DNA from: Candidatus Aminicenantes bacterium
Lineage (GTDB): Bacteria; Acidobacteriota; Aminicenantia; S016-38
Reading direction: 5' to 3'
Assembly: GCA_027068075.1 (NCBI GenBank)
Contig: JAMOUJ010000005.1
Coordinates: 524,162 to 588,161, forward strand
DNA length: 64,000 bases
Of the stretch, positions 47,474 through 57,630 are shown in pieces. The notes under the pieces were generated by a model. It was given only the letters and a program-made list of their open reading frames with translations, made no database searches and was not told where the DNA came from. Every line of letters starts with the position of its first letter. Position 1 is the stretch's first letter. Both the position numbers and the translations under genes were made by a program.

Positions 47474-48531
47474 CGGGGGTGGAGGAAATAGGGGGGGAGG
47501 TTAAAGACCGGGGCAGTTTTAAAAAGCGGAGATTTTACCTGTTTGCGGTACTCCTCCAGGGCCGGGGCGCTGGAGTTTATCCTCAGGTCTGAAAAACTCC
47601 CATCCCCGTTCTCCCATCTTTCGTGCCACCACGAAATGGCCTTTATTTCGGGGAATTCCTTTATAAAATCAAAGGCCTGTCTTATCCAGGACGGTTTCCT
47701 GGGGTCCTCAATAACGCCGAACTCCAGAACCGCCAGGGGTTTCCGGGGGGCCACCCTTCTCAACTCCAGGTAGGCCTTTAAAAACCTTTCTTTGAACCCA
47801 AGGGATTCCCAATCCTGCCTTTCTTCGGGGAAAATGGGCCCGTAGACGCTCACCCCCACCCAGTCTATGTAATCGTTCTCCGGATAATAATTCCCAGGTC
47901 TGTTCCAGGCTGTTCGGGGAAAACTTTCCGCATTGGCGTGGAAGAACCAGGTTATGTTGTGGGCCCCTTCCCGACGAAAAACCTCTATTATGTGACGGTA
48001 GGCGTCCCTGAACCTTTCCGGCCCGTCGGGGAGGTGGGGGTCCCCGTAACCTGTGGTTTCCCCGGCTCCGTTCCAGTATCCGGACCAGGGGAACCAGTCG
48101 CCGTTCATCTCCACCCCGAATTCCACCAGCAGAGGGCCTCCGTATTTCCTGGCCTGCCGGGCCCACTCCCTCAGGGGGCGGTCAAATTTTCCCTGGATTA
48201 TGTTCTGGAGGGTGTAAACCGGATCGGGGCCAAAATTGAAGGAGGAGCGGGCCATGAGCCTCACGAAGGGAAGGGCTCCACAGCGGGAAATTTCACGGAC
48301 GCTTTTTTCCGGAAACCTTATGCCCTGGAGCCAGTTGTTGGAGAAAAAGGCCCACACGATTTTTTTGCCGGCCAGGCGCTCAAACTCCCTTATCCTGGCG
48401 CAGGTTACCCGGTCTTCGGGGCCACCGAAGTCAGGGAAGGCCGAGTGGTAAATTCCACCGGGGTGGGGCATGAGTTTAATTCCCCCGAAGGACGGAAGGA
48501 AAAAGAGGAAGAGGAACCACGCCTTTTTCAA
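47470..48531 (-). CDS. Secreted glycoside hydrolase family 26 (beta-mannanase-like)
   Basis: Signal peptide MKKAWFLFLFFLPSFG. The GH26 catalytic-region signature (LVEFGVEMNGDWFPWSGYW) and a second Glu region (AVLEFGV). Confidence 0.7.
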   Translation of the reverse strand: MKKAWFLFLFFLPSFGGIKLMPHPGGIYHSAFPDFGGPEDRVTCARIREFERLAGKKIVWAFFSNNWLQGIRFPEKSVREISRCGALPFVRLMARSSFNFGPDPVYTLQNIIQGKFDRPLREWARQARKYGGPLLVEFGVEMNGDWFPWSGYWNGAGETTGYGDPHLPDGPERFRDAYRHIIEVFRREGAHNITWFFHANAESFPRTAWNRPGNYYPENDYIDWVGVSVYGPIFPEERQDWESLGFKERFLKAYLELRRVAPRKPLAVLEFGVIEDPRKPSWIRQAFDFIKEFPEIKAISWWHERWENGDGSFSDLRINSSAPALEEYRKQVKSPLFKTAPVFNLPPYFLHPR

Positions 48532-48559
48532 AATTTTCTCCTTTCACGGAAATTATATC

Positions 48560-50374
48560 CTAATCCAGGATTCCTTCCACCAGGCCGTAATTTTCTCCTG
48601 GAACCACCAGGAGAATCCCGGGAACCATTTTCCTGGCCTCCCGGTATATTTCCCGGGCTATTTTTACCCCCTCCCTTTTCCCCTCCTTCCCCCTCTTGCC
48701 CTCCATCCTCTTGAGAACCCATGGGGGGAGGTGGATTCCCGGAACCTCGTAATGGAGGTACTCGGCGTTTTTCCATCCCAGCAGAACCATCACCGTCACC
48801 ACCACCGGAACCCCCAGGGTCTCCAGTTTTTTCAGCAAACCCTCCAGATAAGCGGGGTCAAAAACCGGCTGGGTCACCAGAAACCGGGCGCCGGCCCCTA
48901 TCTTGGCCCGGGCCCTCTCCAGTTCCCCCTGGTCTATCCGGTTCAGGTTAAGGGACGCCCCCACCAGGAAGTTCGTCCTTGCCCCCAGGGGGTTTCCCAG
49001 AAAGCCCCTGCCCGAGTTCATGGAGTTTATGATTTCTATAAGTCCCAGGGAATCCAGGTCGTAAACTCCTGTGGCGAAGGGGTAATCCCCCAGGGAGGGA
49101 GGGTCTCCGGTGAGGGCCAGGATGTTTTCTATCCCCATGGCGGAGGCTCCCAGGAGGTCCGATTGGATGGCCAGGAGGTTCCTGTCCCGGCATGTCATGT
49201 GAACGATGGTTTCCAGGGGGAGGGTTTCTTTTATTATCTTCGCAAAGGAAAAGGGATTCATCCTCACCCTGGCCATGGGGGAGTCGGAAATGTTCAGGGC
49301 GTTTACCTCCGTGGCCTTCCACCGCTCCAGACCCTTCAGGATTTCTGAGAAATCCGGATTCCTGGGGGGTTCCACCTCCACGGAAAGGAGTTTTCCTTCC
49401 TTCAGAAGTTTTCCAACCCTGGTTTCCACCCGGGCCGGGCCCCTATCCTCCGATTCCCCCTTCTCCCTGAGAACCACCCTTTTCACCTTTCTCTTGACCC
49501 TTTTCCCCCGGAGCCTTTGAGAAAGCACCCTTATGTGCTCCGGGGTGGTTCCGCAGCATCCCCCTATGAATTTGGCCCCCATTTTTGCGGTTTTTTCCCC
49601 GTAATAGGCGAAGTACTCCGGGTTGTGGGGATAGAGGAATTTCCCGTGGATAAACCTGGCCTGGCCGGCGTTGGGCATGTATAGGACCGGTTTCGGAGTG
49701 AGGGAGAGGATTATCCTCACCGCCTCGTGAACCCCCTGGGGACCGGGGCCGCAATTGGCCCCCACGGCATCCACCGGGAGGTTCTCCACCTTTTCCATTA
49801 TGTCCGTTATCTTCTCCCCAAAGATGGTCTTCAGTTGATTGGGAAATGTGAAGGATGCGATGATGGGGGTCTGGGGGGAGAGGGAACGGGCCACCTTGAT
49901 CCCCACCTCCATTTCCTCCACGCAGTTGTAGGTTTCAAAGAGAAGGAGGTCCACCCCTCCCTCTAAGAGGGACTCTATCTGCTCGCGGAATATTTCCTCC
50001 AGTTCCGCGGAGGAAAGCGTCCTCCTGCGGTCGTGGGGTCGGGACACAGGCCCTATGGAACCCGCCACGAAGGCCTCCGTCCGGGCCACTTCCCTGGCCA
50101 GGCGGGCTCCCATGTAGTTTATTTCCCGGGTTTTGTCCCCTATCCCGAAAAACTCCTCTAAGACGAAGCGGTTGGCTCCGAAGGTGTTGGTTTCTATGAT
50201 TTCTGCCCCGGCATTCAGGTATTCCCGGTGGATTTCCTTCACCAGTTGGGGCATGGTGAGGTTCACCTCGTCGTAACAGAATCCCCGGGGAACCCCCTTC
50301 TGATAAAGGTAGGTCCCCATGGCCCCGTCCAGGATCACCACATGGGGGTCTTCAAACCTTTCCCTTATGTCCAC
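48560..50374 (-). CDS. Bifunctional homocysteine S-methyltransferase / 5,10-methylenetetrahydrofolate reductase (YitJ-like fusion)
   Basis: The N-terminal Hcy-binding domain ends in GGCCGTTPEHI. The C-terminal MetF-like domain contains ...ARFLVTQPVFDPAYLEGL. Confidence 0.8.
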   Translation of the reverse strand: MDIRERFEDPHVVILDGAMGTYLYQKGVPRGFCYDEVNLTMPQLVKEIHREYLNAGAEIIETNTFGANRFVLEEFFGIGDKTREINYMGARLAREVARTEAFVAGSIGPVSRPHDRRRTLSSAELEEIFREQIESLLEGGVDLLLFETYNCVEEMEVGIKVARSLSPQTPIIASFTFPNQLKTIFGEKITDIMEKVENLPVDAVGANCGPGPQGVHEAVRIILSLTPKPVLYMPNAGQARFIHGKFLYPHNPEYFAYYGEKTAKMGAKFIGGCCGTTPEHIRVLSQRLRGKRVKRKVKRVVLREKGESEDRGPARVETRVGKLLKEGKLLSVEVEPPRNPDFSEILKGLERWKATEVNALNISDSPMARVRMNPFSFAKIIKETLPLETIVHMTCRDRNLLAIQSDLLGASAMGIENILALTGDPPSLGDYPFATGVYDLDSLGLIEIINSMNSGRGFLGNPLGARTNFLVGASLNLNRIDQGELERARAKIGAGARFLVTQPVFDPAYLEGLLKKLETLGVPVVVTVMVLLGWKNAEYLHYEVPGIHLPPWVLKRMEGKRGKEGKREGVKIAREIYREARKMVPGILLVVPGENYGLVEGILD

Positions 50375-52745
50375 CTTCCAGGGCCTCCTTCAATTTGTTC
50401 AGCCCATCCACAGCGTCCTTGGCGTAAATGTCCGCCCCGAATTCCTTCACCAGCCTGGGGCTTACCGTGGCTCCCCCGAGGACCACCAGAACCTCCGGCC
50501 ACCTTTTCTTGATTTCCCTGGTGGCCCTTTCCATTTCGTCCAGGGATGTGGTCATGAGGCAGGAAAGACCTACCGCATGGGGTTTTTCCCTGGAGATGGC
50601 CTCCAGAAGGTCCTCCAGAGGTACATTTTTTCCCAGGTCCACCACCTCAAAGCCAAAATTGGAAAAAACCGCCTTGGCTATGTTTTTCCCTATGTCGTGG
50701 AGATCCCCCTTCACCGTGGCCATAACCACCTTCCATTTTTTCTGGCCCTCGCCCTTAAGCCTTTCCTCAATGAGGGAAGAGGCCCTTTTCATGGCCTCCG
50801 CCGAGGCGATGAGTTGGGGGAGGAAGTAAACCTTCCTTTCGTAGAGTTCCCCCACCTCCTTCATGGCGGGGATGAGGATTTTGTTCATTATTTCCATGGG
50901 CTCCATCTTTTCCAGGAGTTCCAGCACCAGGGTGTGGGCCTGGGCTTTATTGCCGTCGGTTATGGCGTATCTCAGGGCTTCCTCGGGGGAGGTTGGGGAT
51001 GGCCTTGCGGAAGATAGGGGCTGAGGGCCCCTGGAGAGGAGGTCCATGAACCTGCTGGCCTTGCCTATGAGGAGTTCGGAAGCCATGGCGGTCTTGCGGT
51101 TCTCTTCCCCCAGGGACATTATGGCGGCGTCGGCCCCCCGCTCTATGGCCATGGCCAGGAAGGCCCGGTTCAGAGTCCTTCTCCCCGGCATCCCGTAGGA
51201 GACATTGGAAAGGCCCAGGATTATGGGAACCGGAAAGTTTCTCTTCACCTCCTCTATGGCCCGGAGGGTTTCCCGGATCCCCCGGGAGCCTGTGGAGAGG
51301 GAAAGAACCACGGGGTCAAAAATTATGTCCAGGGGAGAAAGCCCCGTTTCTTCCGCCTTCCTGAGGAATTTTTCCAGGGCCCGGAGTTTCTTTTCAGAGG
51401 TTTCCGCCACTCCCTCCTCGTCTATGGCTATGGCCACCACCGCGGCCCGGTATCTTTTTACCAGAGGCAGGACCTCCTCCATCCTTCCTTCCTCGGCGGT
51501 GCAGGAGTTCAAAGCCGCCCTTCCCGGGGTGGTTTTCAGGGCTGTTTCGGCGGACTTAAGGTTCTTCACATCTACGAAAATCGGGATTTTCACCCGGGTG
51601 GTTATTTCCCTGAGAACGGCGGAAAAGAATTCCGGGGATGTTTCCCCTTCACGGCCGAGGTTAACATCCAAGGCTTCGGCCCCCTGCCTTTCCTGTTGAA
51701 CGGCGGCCTGGGCAATGGCTTCAATGTCCCGGGTTTCTATCAGGGGCTTCAGTTTTTTGCTTCCGAAGGGATTTATCCTCTCGCCCACCATCCGGAAGGG
51801 AAACCCCGTTCCTGTGGGCAGCAGATTCGTCCTTGAGGCCAGGAAGAAAAAGCGGGAGGGAGACCCTTCTCGGCGGGGGGATTTTCCCTTGAGTTTTTGG
51901 GCCAGGGCCCTTATGTGTTCCGGGGTGGTCCCGCAACATCCGCCCACTATGGAGGCTCCCTGGCGGTAAAATTTTTCTCCGTATTCTGAAAATTCCCCGG
52001 GGGCCATGGGGTAAAGGAGGGTTTCTCCCTTTTTAATTGGAAGGCCGGCGTTGGGGTAAATGGCAAAGGGTTTTCCCGTCCGGGAAAGGACCCCGGCTAT
52101 CTCAAGAAATTCCTCCACCTCCCTCCCGCAGTTGGCCGAGAGCACCTCCGCGTGGGTTCTGGAAAGCACGGCGAAGGCGGTTTCAGGATCCGAGCCGGTT
52201 ACGGTTCTTCCATCCTCGGTAAAGGTCATGGACAGTATCATGGGGATGTTCGGGGCGGCTTCCTCGGCGGCCATGGCTGCTATTTTGGCCTCCTCCAGAT
52301 CCACCATGGTCTCGGCCTGGATGATGTCCACCCCCTCCCGGGCCATGGTGGAAAAGACCTCGTGGTAGGCTTCGTAGGCCTGCTCCCAGGAAAGTTCTCC
52401 CAGGGGCTGGAGAAGTTTTCCCAGGGGTCCCACGGACCCGGAGACGAAGACCCCGTCCCCGGCGGCCTTCCTGGCCAGGAATATTCCCCTTTTCAGCAGG
52501 TCCAGAAAATCCCCTTCCAGACCCGCCTCCTCGGCTTTTATCCTGTTAAGGGAAAAGGTATTGGTTTCTATTATGTCCGCTCCGGCCTCAATGTAGTCCC
52601 TGTGTATGGACAGGATTAACCCGGGGCGCTGGCGGTTCAAAATCTCCACCAGGGGGAGTTTTCCCCCGTATCTACGGACCACCTCGGTGCCCATGGCACC
52701 GTCCAGAATTAAAACCCTGCGCTCTAAGGACTCCAGGAGGTTCAT
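50352..52745 (-). CDS. metH: Cobalamin-dependent methionine synthase, short form (Hcy + pterin + B12 domains, no AdoMet reactivation domain)
   Basis: GGCCGTTPEHI (Hcy domain), a pterin-binding TIM region, the B12-binding DxHxxG motif (GDLHDIGKNI), and an ending ...LKEALEGGHKGKV. The true ATG is at 52745 (MNLLESLERRVLILDGAMGT); the upstream 67-aa ORF extension is spurious. Confidence 0.85.
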   Translation of the reverse strand: MNLLESLERRVLILDGAMGTEVVRRYGGKLPLVEILNRQRPGLILSIHRDYIEAGADIIETNTFSLNRIKAEEAGLEGDFLDLLKRGIFLARKAAGDGVFVSGSVGPLGKLLQPLGELSWEQAYEAYHEVFSTMAREGVDIIQAETMVDLEEAKIAAMAAEEAAPNIPMILSMTFTEDGRTVTGSDPETAFAVLSRTHAEVLSANCGREVEEFLEIAGVLSRTGKPFAIYPNAGLPIKKGETLLYPMAPGEFSEYGEKFYRQGASIVGGCCGTTPEHIRALAQKLKGKSPRREGSPSRFFFLASRTNLLPTGTGFPFRMVGERINPFGSKKLKPLIETRDIEAIAQAAVQQERQGAEALDVNLGREGETSPEFFSAVLREITTRVKIPIFVDVKNLKSAETALKTTPGRAALNSCTAEEGRMEEVLPLVKRYRAAVVAIAIDEEGVAETSEKKLRALEKFLRKAEETGLSPLDIIFDPVVLSLSTGSRGIRETLRAIEEVKRNFPVPIILGLSNVSYGMPGRRTLNRAFLAMAIERGADAAIMSLGEENRKTAMASELLIGKASRFMDLLSRGPQPLSSARPSPTSPEEALRYAITDGNKAQAHTLVLELLEKMEPMEIMNKILIPAMKEVGELYERKVYFLPQLIASAEAMKRASSLIEERLKGEGQKKWKVVMATVKGDLHDIGKNIAKAVFSNFGFEVVDLGKNVPLEDLLEAISREKPHAVGLSCLMTTSLDEMERATREIKKRWPEVLVVLGGATVSPRLVKEFGADIYAKDAVDGLNKLKEALEGGHKGKV

Positions 52746-52764
52746 AGGGAAAATTCTAACACAA

Positions 52765-53601
52765 TCACCGGGCAGAAAAGATGGCCAGCGCCCTGTTGCC
52801 CAGGCCGGGCAGGTTGGAGACCAGCCAGAGGGGAGGAAGAAGGAGGCGGTACAGGGCTCTGTGAGGGATTTCCACCGTTCTGGACTTTTCCCATATCTCC
52901 CCCCAGGGGGAGGGCAAGGTTTTGACCCTGAGAAGGCGGAAGCCAAATCTTTCCAGTTCTTTAAAGGTCCTTCTGGAGAACCTGAAAAGATGGTCCCCGG
53001 GGGAAAGGCCGAGAAGTTTTATCCTCCCACCGCTTATCAAATAACCAAGTCTGGAGAGCCGGTGGAACAAGGCCTCCTGAACGGGGGTTTCAATGACCAG
53101 AAGCCCCCCGGGTTTTAGAACCCTCCTGGCTTCCCTCAGAAAGGCCGCCGGGGAGGGGAGGTGTTCTATCAGATTAAAGGCAAATACGAAATCAAAGTGG
53201 GAGGAGGGGTAGTTTTCGTCCAGGGTTCCCATTCTGGCCTTTAGCCCCTTATTCCTTGCCACCTGAACTGCCCGGGGGGAGGTATCGCAGCCCTCTATTT
53301 CAAAGCCGGCCTCAGCGGCCACCTCCAGGAATGTTCCGGTGCTGGAGCCCACCTCCAGGCCTATGCCCGGGGGAGCAAATTGGAGGATAAACTTCAACAT
53401 CCTCTTAAACCTTCTCCGGAGCCTTTCCTCCACCTTGAGGTAGATTTCGTCGGCCCAATATCCCCTTGAGGTTAATTTGACCCGATCCACCCACAAAAGT
53501 CCGCACTTAGGACAGCGGAGAACTTCAAATCCATCCCCTTCTGCCCACCTTTTTCCAGGTTCCCCGCATATATCACAGAGGTAGCGATCGGTAGAGTTCA
53601 A
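52765..53601 (-). CDS. Class I SAM-dependent methyltransferase with an N-terminal Cys4 zinc ribbon
   Basis: CDICG...CPKCG ribbon, a GLEVGSSTG AdoMet motif, and LKPGGLLVIETP. Confidence 0.7.
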   Translation of the reverse strand: MNSTDRYLCDICGEPGKRWAEGDGFEVLRCPKCGLLWVDRVKLTSRGYWADEIYLKVEERLRRRFKRMLKFILQFAPPGIGLEVGSSTGTFLEVAAEAGFEIEGCDTSPRAVQVARNKGLKARMGTLDENYPSSHFDFVFAFNLIEHLPSPAAFLREARRVLKPGGLLVIETPVQEALFHRLSRLGYLISGGRIKLLGLSPGDHLFRFSRRTFKELERFGFRLLRVKTLPSPWGEIWEKSRTVEIPHRALYRLLLPPLWLVSNLPGLGNRALAIFSAR

Positions 53602-54631
53602 GGAGGCCCTCCTTCATTTTTTCCAGGGTGTATCTGGAAAGGTAGATTTCCCGTCCCTTCATTCCCATGTCCCTCCGGAGGGAAGGATTCTCCAGGAGAA
53701 CCCTGAGTTTTTCCCGAAGAACCGCGGGGTTTTGGGGAGGGACCAGGAAGCCGCTTACCCCGTCCACCACCAGTTCTTCCAGCCCGCCCACCCGGGTGGC
53801 CACCACCGGCAGGGCTGACCTCATGGCCTCAATCACGGAAATGGGCAATCCCTCCCACCTGGAAGAGAGGACGAAAACCCCTGCCCGGGAAAGGATTTCC
53901 TCAATGTTCCGGCGAAATCCCATGAATTTAACCCTACGGGAAACTCCCATTTCTTCGGCCATCTTCCGGACGGTTTCCAGAAGAGGGCCTTCTCCCACCA
54001 GCCAGGCCTCTGCCCCGGGGAGGCCTGCCAGGGCCCTCAGCAGGGTCCGGTGGTCCTTCTGGGGGCTGAATCGGGCCACGGAGACGATCACGGGACTCAG
54101 GGCCGGATCCGATATGGTTTCCACATCCCCTATCCCGTTGGGAATGTAGGCGAGTTTTGACCTTTTTATCCCTGCATCCAGGGCCAACCGGAGGTCAAAC
54201 AGGGAAACGCATATTATTTTCCAGGAAAAACGAGCGGCTATCTTCTCCAGGAACTTGCAGGCCCTATTGCGGGCTCCCGGGGTGAAACACCACCCGTGGG
54301 CGGTGAAAATCTTCACCCCGGGGACGGCGGGATTTCTGGAAAGGAGTCCTGCCTTGGTGGAGTGGGAGTGGAGGACCTGGAAGCCTTCCTTCTTCACCAA
54401 TTCCCTTAGGGCTAAAAGGCTCTTCAGATCCGACAGAGGAGAGATTTTCCTCTTCATCCTTAGGGGGTAAAAGGTTATTTTTTCGCCCCCGGCCCTTTCC
54501 TCCAGTTCTCCCCCGGGGGAGGAGGAAAGGGCTACCCGGTAGCCCGAATCCCTTAAAATCCTGGAGTAATCCAGGGCTATTCTCTGGGCTCCGCCCCATT
54601 GGGAAAGGGTAACCACCTGCAAAATCTTCAT
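53573..54631 (-). CDS. Glycosyltransferase family 4 (GT-B)
   Basis: MKILQVVTLSQWGGAQR N-terminus and a C-terminal EGLPISVIEAM motif. The true ATG is at 54631. Confidence 0.8.
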   Translation of the reverse strand: MKILQVVTLSQWGGAQRIALDYSRILRDSGYRVALSSSPGGELEERAGGEKITFYPLRMKRKISPLSDLKSLLALRELVKKEGFQVLHSHSTKAGLLSRNPAVPGVKIFTAHGWCFTPGARNRACKFLEKIAARFSWKIICVSLFDLRLALDAGIKRSKLAYIPNGIGDVETISDPALSPVIVSVARFSPQKDHRTLLRALAGLPGAEAWLVGEGPLLETVRKMAEEMGVSRRVKFMGFRRNIEEILSRAGVFVLSSRWEGLPISVIEAMRSALPVVATRVGGLEELVVDGVSGFLVPPQNPAVLREKLRVLLENPSLRRDMGMKGREIYLSRYTLEKMKEGLLELYRSLPL

Positions 54632-55773
54632 TCCTTCATTCCCATTCCCAGGAAAATTCCGGCCAACTGGGAGCCCAGGGAGAATCCCCCCACCACGAAG
54701 GTGGTGAAAAAGGACAGGACGAGTAGGGAGGGTAGAAGAGGAAGAAGGAGTTCCCTCTTCCAGGATTTTTCCCTGAAGACCAGCGCCAGGGTGTAGAGGA
54801 ACATGACCGCGTAGAGGATAAGGCCCACCAGGCCGAACATGAGGCCCACATCCAGAAAGGTGTTGTGGGCACTTCCCCATTTTATTCCCGTGGCGGCGAA
54901 TATTTTTTCCACCCCCATACCCCATCCGCTCACGGGGAAGTCCTTTATCAGTTCCCAGGCCAGGGGCCATATGGCCTCCCTGCCGGTCATGCCTTTGCTT
55001 ATTTGAAGAAAACGGGGCAAAAGAAACAGCGCCATTGCGCCGGGGAGGATGAAGAGAAGGGCCCGGGTTCCCCTTCGGTTTATCAGATACACCGCAAGGA
55101 AAACACCCAGGGCCAGGTACCCTGCCCGGGAAAATGAGAGGACGATTCCCAGGAGATTAAGGGAGGTGTGAAGAAGGTAAATCCTCTCTCCAGAATTGAA
55201 CAGATAAAGGGAAAGGGCAAAACCCATCAGGGCCAGAATGGAAAAATAATTGGGACCGAAAACCAGAGACCTTATGGGGTGAATTCCGAGATAAGGGATC
55301 TTCATCCCGGACATTACGGCGAAGTTCCGCATCCCGAAAAGGTCCAGGGCCAGGAAAAACAGCCCCGCAGCGGAAAAGAAAGAAAGGAAATTGGCCAGGA
55401 TTTTCAGGCCCCTCTCTTCCCCCAGAACCCTTCCCATGATGACCACCGAAGTATAGGCTCCCAGGAAATATCCCGCCGTCTTGAGGGCGAAAACGCCCTG
55501 GGATGAGCCCGAGAGAAAATAGGCCAGGGGAAGGTAGGATAGGTAGAGCAAAAGCGGCAAGTGCCTTCTGGAGGGGAGAAGGCCCTTCCAGGTCCCCACC
55601 AGGGCCACCGTCAGGAGAATAAGGCCTGATGCCATGTAGAAGGGGGGCTGTCCCTTGAAAAACACCAGGTAGGGAAGGGAGGAGACGGCCACGGAAAGGA
55701 GGGAAAGTTTAAACAACAAGGGAGAGCCTCCTGTATAGTTTTTCCGCCAGGACCCCCAGGTCCCTTTCCTCAA
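54628..55773 (-). CDS. O-antigen ligase / Wzy_C-family polytopic membrane protein
   Basis: About 10 TM helices with a large loop carrying conserved His/Arg (FSRAGYLALG). The start is uncertain: the ORF ATG 55773 overlaps the upstream GT4 gene by 65 nt, and the next ATG is 55635. Confidence 0.65.
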   Translation of the reverse strand: MRKGTWGSWRKNYTGGSPLLFKLSLLSVAVSSLPYLVFFKGQPPFYMASGLILLTVALVGTWKGLLPSRRHLPLLLYLSYLPLAYFLSGSSQGVFALKTAGYFLGAYTSVVIMGRVLGEERGLKILANFLSFFSAAGLFFLALDLFGMRNFAVMSGMKIPYLGIHPIRSLVFGPNYFSILALMGFALSLYLFNSGERIYLLHTSLNLLGIVLSFSRAGYLALGVFLAVYLINRRGTRALLFILPGAMALFLLPRFLQISKGMTGREAIWPLAWELIKDFPVSGWGMGVEKIFAATGIKWGSAHNTFLDVGLMFGLVGLILYAVMFLYTLALVFREKSWKRELLLPLLPSLLVLSFFTTFVVGGFSLGSQLAGIFLGMGMKE

Positions 55774-56881
55774 CGAGAACTTCCCTGGCTTTGTCCAGGG
55801 GTAGGCCCTCCAGTCCCTGAAGGGCTTCGGAGAAGCATCGGGGATCCCAGGGACAAACGCTTCCGCCTCCGGTTTTTCTTATAATTTCCTCCGAATCCGG
55901 CACCTGGCTTGAAACCACCGGTCTTTTCATCATTATAAATTCCATGGGTTTTATGGGGGAATTGTGGACTAGGACCGGGTTGGGAGGAAAGGGGGATATG
56001 CCGGCCCAGGAGGCCCTGATGAGGGCGTAAACCTCTTCCCGGGGAAGGAAGCCCAGGAATTTCACCCGGCCATCCAGGCCCATCCTCCGGGCCCTGTTCA
56101 GGAGTTTTTCCGTATACCCCGGGTCCCTTTCCCAACCTGCTATGGCCAGGACATAGTTCCGGGGAAGCAGGGATAGGACCTCCAGGAGAAATTCGCTCCG
56201 GCGAAACCTTGAAAGCACCCCTATGTAGGACACGATCCTTTCCCCTCCCGGGGCTATTTTTCCTTTCCATCGGTGGGCTGCGGAATCGTAATCCTCGGGA
56301 TTAATCCCGCCGTCCACCCCTTCGGGAAGGAGAAAGGTGCTGTTTAAATTTAACCGCTTTCGGAAGTAGTGCTCCATTTTGGAACTTATGGGGATAACCA
56401 AATCTGCCCTTTTCAAAAAGAAATCCCTCATTAGCCTTCCGGTCTTCCCCCGCAGCCAGTTGGGGAGGCGGGGGCCCAGACCCATCCTGGAGTAAAGGAG
56501 GCTTTCCTCCTCCTTCAGGTGGGAGATTCTGTAGAAAAAGGGGATTTTTCTTTCCCTGGCCAGTTTATACCCCACCCAGGCCATGACGGGGTTGTCCCTG
56601 ACCCAGACCCCGTCCAGGTGCTCCCCTGAAATTTGATTTAAGGCCCTCTGGAGGAGGGAGCGGAGCCTCAGGGGATACAGGGGATGAAGGGATGAGATTT
56701 TCGGAAAGAGTATCAGGGGATTTTCCTTCCAGGTTGATGTGTATATCTTTCGGGTTTTTCTGCTCGGCATAACCCATAGGGTTTGAATTCCCTTAGCCCG
56801 CAGGTAGTGGTTAAAAATCAGGTCCAGGGAAAGATATGGATTTGGGAATTCCTCTCCGCTGAGGAAAAGAAGTTTCTTCAT
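55709..56881 (-). CDS. Glycosyltransferase family 4 (GT-B)
   Basis: C-terminal GT1/GT4 motifs (GFLPREEVYALIRASWAGISP..., PVVSSQVP). The true ATG is at 56881 (MKKLLFLSGEEF). Confidence 0.8.
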   Translation of the reverse strand: MKKLLFLSGEEFPNPYLSLDLIFNHYLRAKGIQTLWVMPSRKTRKIYTSTWKENPLILFPKISSLHPLYPLRLRSLLQRALNQISGEHLDGVWVRDNPVMAWVGYKLARERKIPFFYRISHLKEEESLLYSRMGLGPRLPNWLRGKTGRLMRDFFLKRADLVIPISSKMEHYFRKRLNLNSTFLLPEGVDGGINPEDYDSAAHRWKGKIAPGGERIVSYIGVLSRFRRSEFLLEVLSLLPRNYVLAIAGWERDPGYTEKLLNRARRMGLDGRVKFLGFLPREEVYALIRASWAGISPFPPNPVLVHNSPIKPMEFIMMKRPVVSSQVPDSEEIIRKTGGGSVCPWDPRCFSEALQGLEGLPLDKAREVLVEERDLGVLAEKLYRRLSLVV

Positions 56882-57630
56882 GCCCGCCTGACGATGTAGT
56901 CCCCCTCTATTCTCAGGTCGTGAAAAACCGAAGGGGCCTTTTCCTGAAGTATCCTCAAAACCTCCACCGCCATCCTCCTTATTTCCCATTGGGCGTGTCT
57001 GGAGCCCCGGAGTTCTAAGATGTGTCTCCACTCCCGGAAGTTGGCGGTTATTACGATTTCAGAAAAGACCGCGTTGGGAAGGACGAAGCGGGCGTCCTCC
57101 TTTTTTATCTTTAAACCCCTTAGCCTGGCGTAAACCCTCCTGGCTTCTTCCATGAACTCCCGATAAACCTTAAGGGCTTCGGGGTTCCCTTCAATGGAAG
57201 GTGGGGTTACGAAGTGAAAATTCTCCTCGTTCACATACCTCTGGGATTGCTGGGTAAAGGAGGCCATGCGGTGGCGAACCAGTTGGTGGGTGAAACTCCG
57301 GGAGCCTCCCCTTATGCGGAAACTGGCGGAGGCGTGTTCCAGGACAGAGAGGTGGCCGCTCCTTATAAGCATTTTTATGAATTTTTCCGCGGAGTTTTCC
57401 CATCTTTCCTCCACTAAAAATTCCTTTCCCTCCAGTTTTACCCTATCTCCCACCCGGGCTTTTTCCAGTTCGGGATGGTTCTCCGTGTATAGAAGTTGCC
57501 TTCTTCCGGAGAGTCTCAAAATGGGCTTCGGAGTAAACCTGTCAAAGGAAAGGTATGCGGTCCTTCCCGCTTCCTCTATGACCCTTTCGGCCTCCGGGGT
57601 TATGGCGATTAATTCAACCTTCAAGGACAT
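56878..57630 (-). CDS. thyX: Flavin-dependent thymidylate synthase
   Basis: ThyX signature THQLVRHRMASFTQQSQRY (RHRx7-8S). Confidence 0.9.
   Translation of the reverse strand: MSLKVELIAITPEAERVIEEAGRTAYLSFDRFTPKPILRLSGRRQLLYTENHPELEKARVGDRVKLEGKEFLVEERWENSAEKFIKMLIRSGHLSVLEHASASFRIRGGSRSFTHQLVRHRMASFTQQSQRYVNEENFHFVTPPSIEGNPEALKVYREFMEEARRVYARLRGLKIKKEDARFVLPNAVFSEIVITANFREWRHILELRGSRHAQWEIRRMAVEVLRILQEKAPSVFHDLRIEGDYIVRRA

Noticed and set aside
52746-52764. Possible B12 or SAM riboswitch ahead of metH, and a T-box ahead of cysS
   Set aside because: The intergenic spaces (19 bp and 12 bp) are far too short for any riboswitch or T-box leader. These genes are evidently co-transcribed with their upstream neighbours.
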